From contig CAVRBU010000013.1 of NCBI GenBank assembly GCA_963719315.1, forward strand, positions 1 through 64,000: 64,000 nt of DNA, in the 5' to 3' direction. Below, piece by piece: positions 28,549-39,019 of this stretch. Below the pieces are notes generated by a model, which had not been told where the DNA came from, searched no databases, and saw nothing but the letters and a program-made list of their open reading frames with translations. Positions within the stretch are counted from its first letter, which is position 1, and every line of letters starts with the position of its first letter. This stretch comes from an uncultured Planctomycetota bacterium (GTDB lineage: Bacteria > Planctomycetota > Planctomycetia > Pirellulales > Lacipirellulaceae). Made by a program: the position numbers and the translations under genes.

Positions 28549-29598
28549 CTAGAAGCCGATGCCTTTGGTCGACGTGCGAACGCGCAGCAGGTTGTGATTC
28601 GCACAAATAAACAGCGTCGAACCATCTTCGCCGAATTCGCAGTTCGCAGTGCGATCCCCGGTCGAGATCAAGCCAAGTTGCTTACCTTCCGGCGTGAACA
28701 CGGCCACGCCGCCCGGAATCGTGGCGAACAGGTTGCCCTGCTTATCGACGGTCAGCCCGTCGCACGAACCCAGGCGCTTGCCGACAATCTCACGGGCGTT
28801 GAAGAGTTCGCGCCCCTGACCGAGCGAGCCATCTGCTTGGAGTGAATATGCCATGATGACCAGATGCGGGTCGTGCGAATTAGCGATGTACAGTGTCTTT
28901 TCATCCGGCGACAGGCCGATGCCGTTGGGGCGCTCCAACTCCTTCGTCAGCAACGAGAGCTTGCCGTCTGGTGCGATGCGATAGACGCCCTGAAAGGAAA
29001 GCTCCTTCTTCGGATCGTCCATGTTCTTTTCCAATCCGTAGGGCGGATCGGTGAAATAAATCGCTCCGTGCGCATCGACAACTGCGTCGTTGGGGCTGTT
29101 GAGCCGCTTGCCTTCGTAGCGATCGGCGAGCGTGACGTATTTCGCCTGCGGATGCTCCCAGCCGGAATCCAACCGGGCCACGCGACGGTCGCCATGTTGA
29201 CAAAGAACTAATCGACTCTGGCGATCGATCACGAGGCCATTGGAGCCCGATTCGCCGCTGCGCGGGTCGTCGCCGGTATAACCGGCTGGCTTGAGAAATA
29301 GTTTGATTCCGTTCTTGGCGTCCCACCGCATGATCGCGTTGTTGGGGATATCCGAGAACAGGAGAAACTCGCCGTCGCGAACCCAAGCTGGCCCTTCGCA
29401 CCAGGTAAATCCTTCGCCAATCACCTCGATCTTCGCATCGGGTGGCACGAGTTTATCGAGCGCCGGGTCGAGTCGCTCGATGCTGCCAACCGTCCGCGGC
29501 GCGGCGGGTTCAGCGCGAGCATCGCACCGACATTGCAGGGCAACACATAAGTAGCAGGAAGCAAGCGTAAGTCTTCGCAAAGTGAGAATCTTTTGCAT
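28549..29598 (-). CDS. SMP-30/gluconolactonase-family protein
   Basis: EGPAW, FSDIP, NSPND, FTDPPYG, PNGIG, DGL. Confidence 0.93.
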   Translation of the reverse strand: MQKILTLRRLTLASCYLCVALQCRCDARAEPAAPRTVGSIERLDPALDKLVPPDAKIEVIGEGFTWCEGPAWVRDGEFLLFSDIPNNAIMRWDAKNGIKLFLKPAGYTGDDPRSGESGSNGLVIDRQSRLVLCQHGDRRVARLDSGWEHPQAKYVTLADRYEGKRLNSPNDAVVDAHGAIYFTDPPYGLEKNMDDPKKELSFQGVYRIAPDGKLSLLTKELERPNGIGLSPDEKTLYIANSHDPHLVIMAYSLQADGSLGQGRELFNAREIVGKRLGSCDGLTVDKQGNLFATIPGGVAVFTPEGKQLGLISTGDRTANCEFGEDGSTLFICANHNLLRVRTSTKGIGF

Positions 29599-29748
29599 GA
29601 TGCGGTCGCCCGTTCGGTTGTGCGTCGAGGCTGAATCAGAGCGCGGACACTATGATACATCGGCGGACCGTCCAATGCCACGAGCGGTATGGAACGGTTG
29701 ATGGCCGAGCGTTTTAAGTGGGCGATGTGGGTTTTGCGTTGTGGATCG

Positions 29749-32319
29749 CTATTGAGTTTCGACCCACTTGATAATTTTCACGCCGCCAAACGCGCCCCCG
29801 GCGTTTTTCAAAGCGAGCACATCGGCAGGGCAGAGTGCACGATTGTAGATGCGTACATCGTCAATTTTGCCGCTGAAGTCGTACGAAGTCTGGCCGTTGC
29901 CGTCGGCGCCAATGATTGTTTTGGCGCCCAAGCCCGAGTACGCAATCGAACTCGTCGTATTCGTCGAGGCTCTTTCAATGCCGTCAACGTAAAACTTAAG
30001 CGTGTTTTGGTCGTCGTTGAAGACAGCCGCAAAATGATGCCAGCCGGCACCGACAAACGTCTGGTTGATTGCCGCTGAAAGCCAGGTCGAGCCATTGTAG
30101 AAAAATGCCTTTGTCACAGGACCTTCGTTGAGGCGAATGGTGAAGTATTCGCCCATGCTTACTAGCTCGGCCCCACCGCTGTCAGCGGTGGTCAGGTATG
30201 CCCAGGCGGCCAGCGTTACGTTTTTCGGCGAGCCGAGAAGACTGCTCACTTCTACCCGATTCGTTCCGTTCAACTGAATCGCGTTGTTCAATTTGCCGAT
30301 TGTCCAAGTGGGCGTGCCGACGACCGACCCATTACGGCCCGAGCCGGAGGAGTCTGCGGCCGCTGTGCCGCTTGTTTCATCGAGCTTCCAGTACCCAATT
30401 AGTCCGTATAACTCGGCAATCTCGTCCGCCTTCAAACGGCGGTTATACACGCGAACATCGCGTAAAGCTCCGACCCAATATTCTGTGCTGCCCGTTCGAG
30501 TTCCGAACGAAAGAATTCCCGCTGTTTGAGGGACGAGATCAACCGGGCTGATTCCACTCGTTCGCAACTGGCCGTCAATATACACGCTATAGGAGTTGTC
30601 GACATCGTTAAAGACCGCTGCGATGTGATACCATTTGCCACTTGTGTCGACGGGGTCCAGCGTCGAAAACGGTTCGTTTCCGGTGTACGGCGAGGCACCC
30701 AAGTCGAAAGAGATGCTTCCTCCGGCAATCTGCCGGATTTCCCAATCACCACTCACGCCCATCAGTCGCCGGGTCGTAGTTGGAGTGCCCGCTCCACGCA
30801 TCCAAAAGGCCACCGTGCCTTCCGATGGAGGCGCAAAAGGTGCGTTCGTTTGCGCAATGCCGCCATATCCGTTCGTCTGGAGTGCGCTATTGCCCGCGCA
30901 ATCGGTCTCCCAGGTAGCTCCGCCAGTCAGAGTGGCTGGATTCGAAAGTGCCGTGCTGTCGGCGGCTGAGGCGCCATCCCCTTCGGCGAATTCCCAGTGA
31001 CCAATAAGACCGTACAGATTGGCCACCTCAACGGCGTTGATGGCGCGTGTGAAAACATAAATATCATCGATGCTGCCCGCGAAGAACTTTCCGTTGGGAC
31101 TATTGCTACAGCCGCCGATGCGCAGCTCGTTCAGTGCGGGGTATGCATCTCCGATGTTTCCGCTGGCCGCGTAGGTTTCGACCAGCACGCCATTAAGATA
31201 GGTTTTGGCCTCCACCCCATCATACGTGACAACCACATGGGACCATGCATCATTCGGAAGGTACTTTCCCGTCTGGTGCCAGGCCCAGCCGGGCGACGTG
31301 TTGGCGAAGGCCCATTTTATTTCGTTGGTATTCGAGATCGCCATTTCGTACTCGCCTTCCTTGTTGACGATGATGCGATCGGCGTTCGTCGAGGTGGCGG
31401 GTCGAATCCAGGCCGCCATCGTAACGGAATCTGTTGCTTTCAACGAAGGAGTGTCGGGGACGCCGACATAGTCGTCGACCCCGTCAAAGCCGACGGCTGC
31501 GTCTCTAATGCCCGCTTGGTTAAGCAGCGGGCCGTTAATGTAAATCCCCGTGTTGACGGCGTTCGATGAGTCGGTGGCCGTTGTACCCGTGGTTTCATTG
31601 AGTTTCCAATACCCAACGATGCCGTAAAGATTTTTAACTTCGGCAGCGGTCAGTGCACCGCTGTATAGTCGCACGTCGTCCATCCACGCCTTGGAACCGC
31701 CGTACCAGGGGTCGTCGCCTACGTAGAGTGGTCCGTTATTCCCGGTCGTGCCTGCCGAAAGCGCAAATTCTGTGTCGAGCACTCCATTGACGTAACACCG
31801 CCACTTATTGCCAGCTTTGACACAGGCGATATGAGACCAAGCGCCATTCGGTAGATTGGCAACCGAATCGGTTCCTTCATTCCAACTTGCGGTGGTGCTA
31901 ACTCGAAAATGGATGCGGTTATTTCCCGGATTGAGCCACAGGCCCGGACCTCGTTCCGAATCTGTGGTCCCCTTGTGCAGCAGTGGTCGCCAGCCACCCG
32001 TCAAGCCATTTGGCTTAACCCAGAATGCCACGCTAAAATCGGCATTGCTCGCGCCCAGCGCGTTGAGGGTGGCAGATGCTGGTGCGATTACATACTGCCC
32101 GTCGGCTGCGAAATACGTGCCGAACCGATGGGGCGCAGCGGCCCCCAACGTCGGCCCGCCCGTGTAAGTGCCGTTGTTTGCATTGCCGGAGGAATCCACG
32201 GCCACGGCGCCGCTGGTTTCGTCGAGCTTGAGCCACAGCATTTGCGTAGCCCCAGTTGCTGACGATGCGAACAGAGCCGCTGCTCCGAGTGCAATAAGAA
32301 TGGAACGGCTGCGAAGCAT
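29749..32319 (-). CDS. secreted protein with four LamG-like domains
   Basis: Four units of W.(L/F).E..G..A.DSS ... W.H ... DD.R.Y; signal peptide. Confidence 0.9.
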   Translation of the reverse strand: MLRSRSILIALGAAALFASSATGATQMLWLKLDETSGAVAVDSSGNANNGTYTGGPTLGAAAPHRFGTYFAADGQYVIAPASATLNALGASNADFSVAFWVKPNGLTGGWRPLLHKGTTDSERGPGLWLNPGNNRIHFRVSTTASWNEGTDSVANLPNGAWSHIACVKAGNKWRCYVNGVLDTEFALSAGTTGNNGPLYVGDDPWYGGSKAWMDDVRLYSGALTAAEVKNLYGIVGYWKLNETTGTTATDSSNAVNTGIYINGPLLNQAGIRDAAVGFDGVDDYVGVPDTPSLKATDSVTMAAWIRPATSTNADRIIVNKEGEYEMAISNTNEIKWAFANTSPGWAWHQTGKYLPNDAWSHVVVTYDGVEAKTYLNGVLVETYAASGNIGDAYPALNELRIGGCSNSPNGKFFAGSIDDIYVFTRAINAVEVANLYGLIGHWEFAEGDGASAADSTALSNPATLTGGATWETDCAGNSALQTNGYGGIAQTNAPFAPPSEGTVAFWMRGAGTPTTTRRLMGVSGDWEIRQIAGGSISFDLGASPYTGNEPFSTLDPVDTSGKWYHIAAVFNDVDNSYSVYIDGQLRTSGISPVDLVPQTAGILSFGTRTGSTEYWVGALRDVRVYNRRLKADEIAELYGLIGYWKLDETSGTAAADSSGSGRNGSVVGTPTWTIGKLNNAIQLNGTNRVEVSSLLGSPKNVTLAAWAYLTTADSGGAELVSMGEYFTIRLNEGPVTKAFFYNGSTWLSAAINQTFVGAGWHHFAAVFNDDQNTLKFYVDGIERASTNTTSSIAYSGLGAKTIIGADGNGQTSYDFSGKIDDVRIYNRALCPADVLALKNAGGAFGGVKIIKWVETQ

Positions 32320-32614
32320 GGGACTATCTCCGATTCGAGGGGGCGCGAATCTTGGCGTCGTTTTCACACGCCATTGCCTATGAAATCTAGCTCTAGGGTG
32401 TTTGCTTTTTTGGGCGGATTGGCCGCAGCGGCTCCGGAAAACATGAAGTCCGGGCGATTCGTGCTATCCTCGGACGATTCGGCACAATTGCGCGTCGGAT
32501 AGCAGGAGAATTCCGCCATACTGAACGCGATAACGGTCGTGGAATTGCGGGCCGCTGCCCGCTACAATCGGTTTCATGATTACATTAGCGCCAGACTTAC
32601 CAATGAGGCATTAG

Positions 32615-33781
32615 ATGGCAGGCATCAGAATGACCAAGAATCATGGCCGAAACACCACACAGAATGGCTGGCTGTGGCGCATCGCAACGATCGGAATTAT
32701 TTTGGGGTTCACTCTTAGTGCATCTGCGGAGGTGAAAGTGACCGACTTCGGCAAAATGGCGGACGGAACGGCTGTGAAGGCGTACACGATCACCAATAGC
32801 AAAGGCGTCGTTGTCAAACTCCTCTCGCGCGGTGCGACGCTCGCCGAATGGCACGTACCGGATAAAAACGGCAAGATGGATGACGTTGTTTTCGGCTGGG
32901 ACGATGTCGCCGGTTATGAATCAAAGGCCAATGGCTATTTCGGCGCAATCGCAGGCCGCGTGGCCAACCGCATCGCCGGTGGCAAATTCACGATCGACGG
33001 CAAAGAATACACGCTCGCCAAGAACGACGGTCCCAACACGCTCCACGGCGGCGTCAAGCGCAGCCTCGACAAGGTCGTTTGGACGGGCCAGCCGTTCGAA
33101 AAGAATGGCGCCCAAGGTGTTACGTTCAAATACGTCAGTGCCGATGGAGAAGAGGGATTTCCCGGCAAGCTCACGATTCGAGTCACTTACACGCTCACCG
33201 ATAAAGACGAACTCCGCATCGATTATGAGGCCACGACTGACAAGGCCACACCGATCAACCTCACGAATCATGCTTACTTCAATTTATCTGGCGCAGGCTC
33301 GCCGACTATCTTAGACCACGAGTTGATGATCGCCGCCGATCATTACACGCCGGTCGACGAAACGCTGATCCCCACGGGCGAGATCGCGCCGGTGGCCGGT
33401 ACGCCCCTCGATTTCCGCTCGTTCCACAAAATCGGCGAGCGTGTCGATCAGCTCAACGACAAGCCGGGCAAGGGCTACGACCACAATTTCGTCCTTAACA
33501 ACCAGGACGGCAAACTCGCTTTGGCCGCAAAGGTCCGCGATCCGAAGTCGGGCCGCGTGCTGAGCGTCTACACGACGGAGCCCGGCGTGCAATTCTACGG
33601 CGGCAATTTCCTCGACGGCGCGAAAGCCAAAGGTGGCAAAACCTATGCCTATCGCAGCAGCTTGTGCCTCGAAACTCAGCACTATCCGGACTCTGTCAAC
33701 CACCCGAAGTTCCCTTCCACGATCCTCCGGCCCGGCCAAACGTATAAACACACGTGCGTGTACCAGATTACTGCTGAGTAA
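32615..33781 (+). CDS. galM: aldose 1-epimerase (mutarotase)
   Basis: GRVANRI, LHGG, TNHAYFNL, CLETQHYPD. Confidence 0.93.
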   Translation: MAGIRMTKNHGRNTTQNGWLWRIATIGIILGFTLSASAEVKVTDFGKMADGTAVKAYTITNSKGVVVKLLSRGATLAEWHVPDKNGKMDDVVFGWDDVAGYESKANGYFGAIAGRVANRIAGGKFTIDGKEYTLAKNDGPNTLHGGVKRSLDKVVWTGQPFEKNGAQGVTFKYVSADGEEGFPGKLTIRVTYTLTDKDELRIDYEATTDKATPINLTNHAYFNLSGAGSPTILDHELMIAADHYTPVDETLIPTGEIAPVAGTPLDFRSFHKIGERVDQLNDKPGKGYDHNFVLNNQDGKLALAAKVRDPKSGRVLSVYTTEPGVQFYGGNFLDGAKAKGGKTYAYRSSLCLETQHYPDSVNHPKFPSTILRPGQTYKHTCVYQITAE

Positions 33782-33783
33782 TG

Positions 33784-33887
33784 GAGTCGAGAGCGGAGAG
33801 TCAAGAGTCAAGAGCCAGACGATTTCGTAGATCTCGGCCGTTGACGAAAACTCAGGCTCTCCACTCTTGACTCTCAACTCTTGACTT
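33784..33887. repeat. heptamer (GAGTCAA)-like inverted array
   Basis: gagtcga gagcgga gagtcaa gagtcaa gagccag ... ctctcca ctcttga ctctcaa ctcttga. Confidence 0.8.
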
Positions 33888-33898
33888 AGGAGCCACCT

Positions 33899-35281
33899 AT
33901 GACGACAAACCGCCGCGAATTCTTCAAGCGCTCGGCTGCGGCCGGCGCGTTGCTTTCGATTCCCTACGGTTGGACCCAGTCCAAGGCCGCAATCACAAAA
34001 AGAGACGATAAGTTCACCGTGGCAGCCATCGGCGTCGGCGGCAGCCGCGGCGCCTACTCGCAGGGCGGCGCCGACGCCAAGAGGGCAGCGCAACTCGGTC
34101 GTTTGATCGCTGTTTGCGACGTGGACAGCATCCACGCCGCCGAATTCAACAAGAAGTTCGACAACAAACTCGCCATGTATGGTGACTATCGCAAGATGCT
34201 GGAACGGGAAAAGCCACAGATCGTCACTATCGGCACGCCCGATCATTGGCACGTGCCTATTGCGATTGCCGCGCTACACGCCGGCTGCGACGTGTATTGT
34301 GAAAAGCCGCTCACGCTCACGATCGAAGAAGGGTTTCGCATTCGTAAAGCCGTAAAAGACACGGGCCGCGTATTCCAAGTTGGCACTCAGCAACGCAGCG
34401 AAAACGAAAGCCGATTCCTCAAAGCCATCGCGATCGTTCAAAGCGGCTGGCTCGGCAAAAAAATCCATGCGTACGCAGCCATCGGCGGCACCGATCCCGG
34501 TGGCCCTTTCCCCACTACGAAACCGGTCGAAGGCCTCGACTGGGATATGTGGCTAGGCGGCGCCAACGCGACCGACTACTCCCGCGAGCGCCGCAAGGAG
34601 TTTCGCTGGTTCTTCGATTATTCCGGCGGCAAGATGACTGACTGGGGTGCGCACCACGTAGATATCGCACAGTGGGCCTTGGGCCACGATCATTCCGGTC
34701 CTGTGAAGGTCAGCGGCGCCGGCAAGTTCACTCCGATCGTACCCGATGAGTTTGATTGGATCGCCTACTTCGACGGCAAGAAAACTTTGCCTAACGCGTA
34801 CGAGACTGCAACCACCTTCAACATCAATCTCCAATACGACGACGGCAACGTGCTCACCGTTTGCGATGAGTACAAGTCCGAAGATGGGAAAACAAAGTTC
34901 CCGAACGGCATCCTGTTCGAAGGTGAGAACGGCCGGATTTTCGTCAACCGCGAAAGGCTCACCGGCAAGCCCGTCGAAGACATGACCAAAGACGAACGGG
35001 CCAAACTCGATGAGGCCGTGATCAAGCTCTACGGCGGCAAACAGCCCGGCAACCACATGGGTAATTTCTTCGACTGCGTCGTCAGCCGCGGCACTCCGAT
35101 TTCCGACGTCGAAACCCACCACCGCACGATGACCAGTTGCCACCTGTGCAACATCGCACTAATGCTCGGCCGCGAACTGAAGTGGGATCCAAAACTGGAA
35201 CAGTTCGAGGGGGACGAGCAAGCAACGATGCTGATGTCCCGCCCGAAACGGGACAAGTATTCGTGGAAAGCGACAACGTAA
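33899..35281 (+). CDS. Tat-exported Gfo/Idh/MocA oxidoreductase
   Basis: [31 protein letters not shown]. Confidence 0.93.
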   Translation: MTTNRREFFKRSAAAGALLSIPYGWTQSKAAITKRDDKFTVAAIGVGGSRGAYSQGGADAKRAAQLGRLIAVCDVDSIHAAEFNKKFDNKLAMYGDYRKMLEREKPQIVTIGTPDHWHVPIAIAALHAGCDVYCEKPLTLTIEEGFRIRKAVKDTGRVFQVGTQQRSENESRFLKAIAIVQSGWLGKKIHAYAAIGGTDPGGPFPTTKPVEGLDWDMWLGGANATDYSRERRKEFRWFFDYSGGKMTDWGAHHVDIAQWALGHDHSGPVKVSGAGKFTPIVPDEFDWIAYFDGKKTLPNAYETATTFNINLQYDDGNVLTVCDEYKSEDGKTKFPNGILFEGENGRIFVNRERLTGKPVEDMTKDERAKLDEAVIKLYGGKQPGNHMGNFFDCVVSRGTPISDVETHHRTMTSCHLCNIALMLGRELKWDPKLEQFEGDEQATMLMSRPKRDKYSWKATT

Positions 35282-35322
35282 ATTCTGTTGAAACTTGATG
35301 AGCTACGAAGGCACGAAGGGGA

Positions 35323-35474
35323 AATGACCAATGACCAACCTAAACTCCCAATGACCAACTCCCAATGACCAACTCCCAATGACCAACTCCCAATGACCAA
35401 CTCCCAATGACCAACTCCCAATGACCAATAGCCCATTTTGAAAATTGGTCATTGGTGCTTGGTCATTGGTCATT
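35323..35474. repeat. six perfect 14-bp tandem repeats plus inverted heptamer arm
   Basis: (AACTCCCAATGACC)x6 at 35343-35426; TTGGTCATTGGTGCTTGGTCATTGGTCATT at 35445-35474. Confidence 0.95.
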
Positions 35475-35522
35475 CTTCATAGGGTTTTTTGCGGTATGAA
35501 ATTTCAAATCCAGGAGGAAGCC

Positions 35523-36344
35523 ATGAAGCGGTTCATCGTGTTGACGAGCATAGTAATGGTCATGTTCGCTACAGGCGGAGCCCTGGCTCAAACTGGTTCA
35601 GATGTTGCCAAGCGCCTCGATTCATCTCCCCGCCACCACGAATGGGTCGATATCGATTCGGCTAATGGCCGCAAAGTCCACACCTGGGTCGTCTACCCGC
35701 AGGTCGATCACCCGGCCACGACCGTGGTCATCATCCACGAAAACCGCGGCCTTACCGATTGGGTCCGCGGAGTCGCCGACCAACTGGCCGAAGCAGGCTA
35801 CCTGGCCGTCGCGCCAGACTTGCTAAGCGGCACCGCACCGGGCGGCGGCAACACGCCCGAATATGGCTCCGAAGATAAGGCGATTCAGGGCATCTATAAG
35901 CTGCCGCAGCCACAAGTCACCGCCGACCTGGATGCAGTATTCAAGTACGCCAAAGATTCGCCGGCCGGCAACAAGGTCGTCGCCGTCGGCGGCTTCTGCT
36001 GGGGCGGCGGCCAGACGTTCGCCTACGCGACGCACAACCCCGATATCGCCTCCGCCTTTGTTTTCTACGGCCCGGCGCCCAAGAACGCGGCCGACTACAA
36101 AAAAATCGCCGCCCCCGTTTACGGTTTCTACGGCAGCCAAGATTTCCGCATCTCCGGCGAAGTACCCACCGTTGAGAAACGGATGAAGGAGCTTGGCAAG
36201 AAGTACGATCCAGTTATTTACACGGGCGCCCAGCACGCCTTCATGCGCCAAGGCGAAATGACGACCGACACCGCAAACCCCAACCGCAAAGCCCACGACC
36301 AAGGCTGGGAACGCCTGAAAAAACTGCTCGCCGAACTCCAGTAG
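35523..36344 (+). CDS. dienelactone hydrolase-family protein
   Basis: HENRG, GFCWGG, HAF; AGGAGG RBS. Confidence 0.92.
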   Translation: MKRFIVLTSIVMVMFATGGALAQTGSDVAKRLDSSPRHHEWVDIDSANGRKVHTWVVYPQVDHPATTVVIIHENRGLTDWVRGVADQLAEAGYLAVAPDLLSGTAPGGGNTPEYGSEDKAIQGIYKLPQPQVTADLDAVFKYAKDSPAGNKVVAVGGFCWGGGQTFAYATHNPDIASAFVFYGPAPKNAADYKKIAAPVYGFYGSQDFRISGEVPTVEKRMKELGKKYDPVIYTGAQHAFMRQGEMTTDTANPNRKAHDQGWERLKKLLAELQ

Positions 36345-36589
36345 GGTAGGGGATGCCTGCATCGTAGCTGAAGCAGCAACAGCGGCTGACGGAGATGTTG
36401 GCCCTGGCCCGGGAGCTCATTGGGCGGTCGCCGACGTATTTCGAACTCACCAGCGATGCCGAACGCGTCGTCCCGCGCGTTGAACCTAGCCGAGTGTAGT
36501 CAGCTCGCGGAGCGAGCGGGCTACACTGGCCCGTTTGACACAGGCCCCCAGAGGAATAAACTAAGGCCCACGTTGGAATGGCGTTGTTT

Positions 36590-36662
36590 GTGGTTGGTGG
36601 GGCGGTGCGCAGCGACCCCCGGGCGCGCTGGGGGGCTCCCTTGCGGTCAACCCAGGCACCCC
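36590..36662. repeat. degenerate REP doublet (GGGTGxCTGGG...CCCCCAG family)
   Basis: CTGGGGGGCTCCCTTGCGGTCAACCCAGGCACCC, similar to 27759-27793. Confidence 0.6.
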
Positions 36663-36694
36663 CTTCTGATAATTCTTCGATTGGAAATCAATTC

Positions 36695-37534
36695 ATGGAA
36701 AAATGGCCCATTGGCGTGTTCGCCAGCATCGACGCTGGCCTCGGAGTGCGCCTCGAAGTTGCCCGCGACCTAGGCGTCCACACGATCCACCTCCACACGC
36801 CCCAAGCATCCTCGCGCACGCCCGAGCAGGCCGCCGAGTTCAAGAAGCGACTCGCCGACCTCGAGATCACGATCACCTGCGTCTTCGCCGGCTTCGAAGG
36901 TGAAAGTTACGCCGACATACCGGCAGTAAAACGCACCGTCGGTCTCCTGCCGCGCGAAACCCGTGCCGCCCGCACGACTGAATTGAAAGATATCGCCGAC
37001 TTCGCCCGCGAGTTGAACGTGGCGGTCGTCGGCGTCCATCTGGGTTTCGTCCCACACGACAAATCGGACCCCGACTACCGCGAGCTGCTCGATATCACCC
37101 GCGCGGTGTGCGATCATTGCAAGCGCAACCGCCAAGCGCTGCACCTCGAAACGGGGCAGGAGCCCGTGGACGTGTTGATCGAGTTCCTGGACGATGTCGA
37201 GCGCGACAACCTGTTCGTCAACTTCGACCCGGCCAACATGATCCTGTATGGCGCCGGCGAGCCGATCCCGTCGCTCGAGCAACTCGGATCGCGGGTCCGC
37301 AGCATCCACTGCAAAGACGCCACGTGGTCCGACCGCCCAGGTGAAACTTGGGGCCGCGAGGTGCCGCTCGGCGAAGGTGCCGTCGATTTCGATGCCTTTC
37401 TGCACACGCTCAACAAAATCGGTTACATCGGCCCCCTGACCATCGAACGCGAAATCCCCCAAGAACCCGAACGTCAAAAAGCCGAAATCGGCCGGGCGAT
37501 TGATCTGCTCGAACGCCTGAAGCGGCAAATGTAG
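36695..37534 (+). CDS. sugar-phosphate isomerase/epimerase (TIM barrel)
   Basis: LETG, NFDPAN, HCKD, IERE. Confidence 0.9.
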   Translation: MEKWPIGVFASIDAGLGVRLEVARDLGVHTIHLHTPQASSRTPEQAAEFKKRLADLEITITCVFAGFEGESYADIPAVKRTVGLLPRETRAARTTELKDIADFARELNVAVVGVHLGFVPHDKSDPDYRELLDITRAVCDHCKRNRQALHLETGQEPVDVLIEFLDDVERDNLFVNFDPANMILYGAGEPIPSLEQLGSRVRSIHCKDATWSDRPGETWGREVPLGEGAVDFDAFLHTLNKIGYIGPLTIEREIPQEPERQKAEIGRAIDLLERLKRQM

Positions 37535-37618
37535 CAGGCATGCTCCTCATGCCGTAGCTGCGACAGTGTAAACGTACGAACTCAGTTTCAATTACGGCAC
37601 GCGGAGTGTGCCTACTAC
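37531..37618. repeat. GTAG-type REP doublet
   Basis: GTAGCAGGCATGCTCCTCATGCCGTA / TACGGCACGCGGAGTGTGCCTACTAC. Confidence 0.75.
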
Positions 37619-37642
37619 TTTCGAACACAAACAGGCAAACCC

Positions 37643-39019
37643 ATGGCGGTCCGCACACGTCTCTCCGTGATGATGTTCCTGCAGTATTTCGTGTGGGGCG
37701 CGTGGTTTGTCACGCTCAGCACTTATCTCTCCACCACCCATGACGCCGCAGGCGCCCGCTTTTTCAATGACAAATTCATCGGCTTCGCTTTTGGCACAGC
37801 AGCCATTGCGGCCATGATCGCCCCATTTTTCGTCGGTATGGTCGCCGACCGGTTCTTCTCCACCGAACGAATTTTGTTCGTCTTGCATATCGCCGGGGCG
37901 TTCATTCTGTACTGGCTTTCGGGCATCGTCGCACCGCGCGTCTTGTATATTGGCATGATTGCGTACTTTCTGACCTACATGCCCACACTCGCCCTCACCA
38001 ATTCGATTTCTTTCCATCATCTCGACGACCCCGCGCGTCAGTTTCCCGGAATACGCGTTGCCGGCACGATTGGCTGGATCGTCGCCGGCCTCTTGGTCGG
38101 CTCTCTGTTCATGTCCGGCACTTCGCTGTTTCATCCCCAGCAAGTCGGTTTCAGGCTTGTGCATCCGTTCGGAATACAGAAGACCTTGGAACTAGGCGAC
38201 CAACTTGCCGACAATCTAAAGATCGAAGCCACTGCAATCCCCATGCAAATCGCGGCCGTCGGTCAAATGCTGCTCGGGCTGTTCTGTCTCATCCTGCCTC
38301 ATACGCCGCCCGCTCGGCGCGAAAGCCAGTCCGCGAGAGATGTCCTCGGCCTTGACGCCCTCGCACTTATGAAGCAGTGGCCATTTTTTGTGTTCGTCGT
38401 CGGCTCATTCCTGATTTGCATCCCGTTGCAGTTTTATTACACGTTTACCAATCAATTCCTCAACGAGATCCATGTTGCGAACGCCGCAGCGAAGCAGTCG
38501 TACGGCCAAATGTCGGAAATCGTATTTATGGTGCTGATGCCTCTGTTTTTCGCGCGCTTTGGCGTGAAATGGATGCTGCTCATCGGCATGGCAGCCTGGG
38601 CGATTCGCTACGTGCTGTTTGCGTACGGCGACGCCGGCCCTGCCGTCTGGATGCTTTACATCGGCATCCTCCTGCATGGCATCTGCTACGACTTCTTCTT
38701 CGTCACCGGCCAGATTTACGTCGATAACAAAGCGCCTGGTCATGTCCGTGCGGCGGCCCAGGGCTTTATCGCATTCGTTACCCTGGGGTTGGGACTCTTC
38801 GTGGGATCGATCGTGTCGGGGAGTGTCGTCGATCATTTCGCGATTCAGGGCACCACGAATCAGCACAACTGGCAGGCGATTTGGCTGGTGCCAGCCGCGA
38901 TGGCCGCCGTCGTGATGGTGCTGTTCGCGTTGCTATTTCACGACTACGGCGACGGACGCGCCCCGCACGAAGTCGATTTGGAACGGGCAACGCGCACCCC
39001 GGAGGAGGCGCCCCGATGA
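37643..39019 (+). CDS. nucleoside:H+ symporter-family MFS transporter
   Basis: MMFLQYFVWGAW, ADRFFS, GQMSE, HGICYDFFF. Confidence 0.92.
   Translation: MAVRTRLSVMMFLQYFVWGAWFVTLSTYLSTTHDAAGARFFNDKFIGFAFGTAAIAAMIAPFFVGMVADRFFSTERILFVLHIAGAFILYWLSGIVAPRVLYIGMIAYFLTYMPTLALTNSISFHHLDDPARQFPGIRVAGTIGWIVAGLLVGSLFMSGTSLFHPQQVGFRLVHPFGIQKTLELGDQLADNLKIEATAIPMQIAAVGQMLLGLFCLILPHTPPARRESQSARDVLGLDALALMKQWPFFVFVVGSFLICIPLQFYYTFTNQFLNEIHVANAAAKQSYGQMSEIVFMVLMPLFFARFGVKWMLLIGMAAWAIRYVLFAYGDAGPAVWMLYIGILLHGICYDFFFVTGQIYVDNKAPGHVRAAAQGFIAFVTLGLGLFVGSIVSGSVVDHFAIQGTTNQHNWQAIWLVPAAMAAVVMVLFALLFHDYGDGRAPHEVDLERATRTPEEAPR

Noticed and set aside
35343..35426. CRISPR array
   Set aside because: Head-to-tail 14-mers with no spacers, and no cas genes in the window.
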